From NCBI RefSeq assembly GCF_000039765.1, contig NC_004459.3, forward strand, positions 990,001-1,022,000: a stretch of 32,000 nucleotides of DNA. The letters run 5' to 3'. Position 1 is the stretch's first letter; the number at the start of each line of letters is the position of its first letter. Below the pieces are notes generated by a model. The model searched no databases, was not told the DNA's origin, and saw nothing but the letters and a program-made list of their open reading frames with translations. Source of the DNA: Vibrio vulnificus CMCP6 (GTDB taxonomy: Bacteria > Pseudomonadota > Gammaproteobacteria > Enterobacterales > Vibrionaceae). The position numbers were made by a program, and so were the translations under genes. Below are positions 31,416-32,000 of the stretch, one piece after another.

Positions 31416-32000
31416 ATGGCCGGCGCAAAAGAGATACGTAGTAAAATCGGGAGTGTTAAAAGCACTCAGAAGATTACGAAAGCGATGGAAATGGTAGCAG
31501 CTTCAAAAATGCGTCGTTCGCAAGACGCAATGGAAGCTTCTCGTCCATACGCGGAAACAATGCGTAAAGTGATCGGTCATGTGGCAAATGCAAGTCTAGA
31601 GTATCGTCATCCGTACCTAGATGAGCGTGAAGCCAAGCGTGTTGGTTACATCATCATTTCAACGGACCGTGGTCTGTGTGGCGGCTTGAACATCAACGTG
31701 TTCAAAAAAGCGGTTACAGATATGCAGGCATGGAAAGAGAAAGGTGCTGAGGTTGAGCTTGCGGTAATTGGCTCAAAAGCGACAGCTTTCTTTAAACATG
31801 GCGGCGCGAAAGTGGCAGCTCAGGTTTCAGGTTTGGGTGATAGCCCAAGTTTGGAGGACCTGATCGGTTCGGTTAGCGTGATGCTAGAAAAATATGATGA
31901 AGGTGAATTGGACCGTTTGTACCTTGTATTTAACAAGTTCGTAAACACCATGGTTCAACAACCAACGATCGATCAATTGCTACCTTTGCCTAAATCGGAC
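31416..32000 (+). CDS. atpG: F0F1 ATP synthase subunit gamma (N-terminal 195 codons; runs off the right edge)
   Basis: [36 protein letters not shown]..., preceded by GGAGAG. The frame is open to position 32000. Confidence 0.96.
   Translation, partial: MAGAKEIRSKIGSVKSTQKITKAMEMVAASKMRRSQDAMEASRPYAETMRKVIGHVANASLEYRHPYLDEREAKRVGYIIISTDRGLCGGLNINVFKKAVTDMQAWKEKGAEVELAVIGSKATAFFKHGGAKVAAQVSGLGDSPSLEDLIGSVSVMLEKYDEGELDRLYLVFNKFVNTMVQQPTIDQLLPLPKSD

Overview
This window is the replication-origin neighbourhood of a Vibrio chromosome 1. Gene order and protein sequences match the V. cholerae-clade layout; the species cannot be fixed without a database search. I support 31 protein genes, listed left to right. 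(1) A partial UPF0016 Mn exporter lies behind a yybP-ykoY Mn2+ riboswitch (minus strand). (2) Then come glyQ-glyS, a small orphan lipoprotein, avtA, and a CHASE-SGDEF-EAL c-di-GMP sensor gene whose 3' end overlaps ibpA. (3) The gyrB-recF-dnaN-dnaA block is on the minus strand, followed by a three-gene polar amino-acid ABC transporter. (4) rpmH-rnpA-yidD-yidC, mnmE and mioC follow, then an E. coli-type oriC with DnaA boxes, GATC-headed AT-rich 13-mers and 15 GATC sites. (5) The window ends with mnmG-rsmG-parA-parB and atpIBEFHA plus partial atpG. I see no rRNA or tRNA genes, CRISPR array, transposase, integrase, IS ends or recognisable defence or toxin module. This is conserved core DNA, and I cannot honestly claim a novel multi-gene system here. 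The features worth a second look are small and mostly regulatory. They are: a telomere-like (GGGTCTA)5 G-quadruplex-capable VNTR just upstream of a sigma32-like ibpA promoter; a ROSE-like thermometer hairpin on the ibpA Shine-Dalgarno (SD) sequence; a readable P1/anti-P1 switch in the Mn riboswitch; the probably lineage-variable c-di-GMP gene that converges on ibpA with no terminator between them; and two short upstream ORFs. Several ORF-track starts are over-extended (mnmE, atpE, atpH, atpA, the ABC permease, probably the GGDEF-EAL gene), and corrected starts are given.
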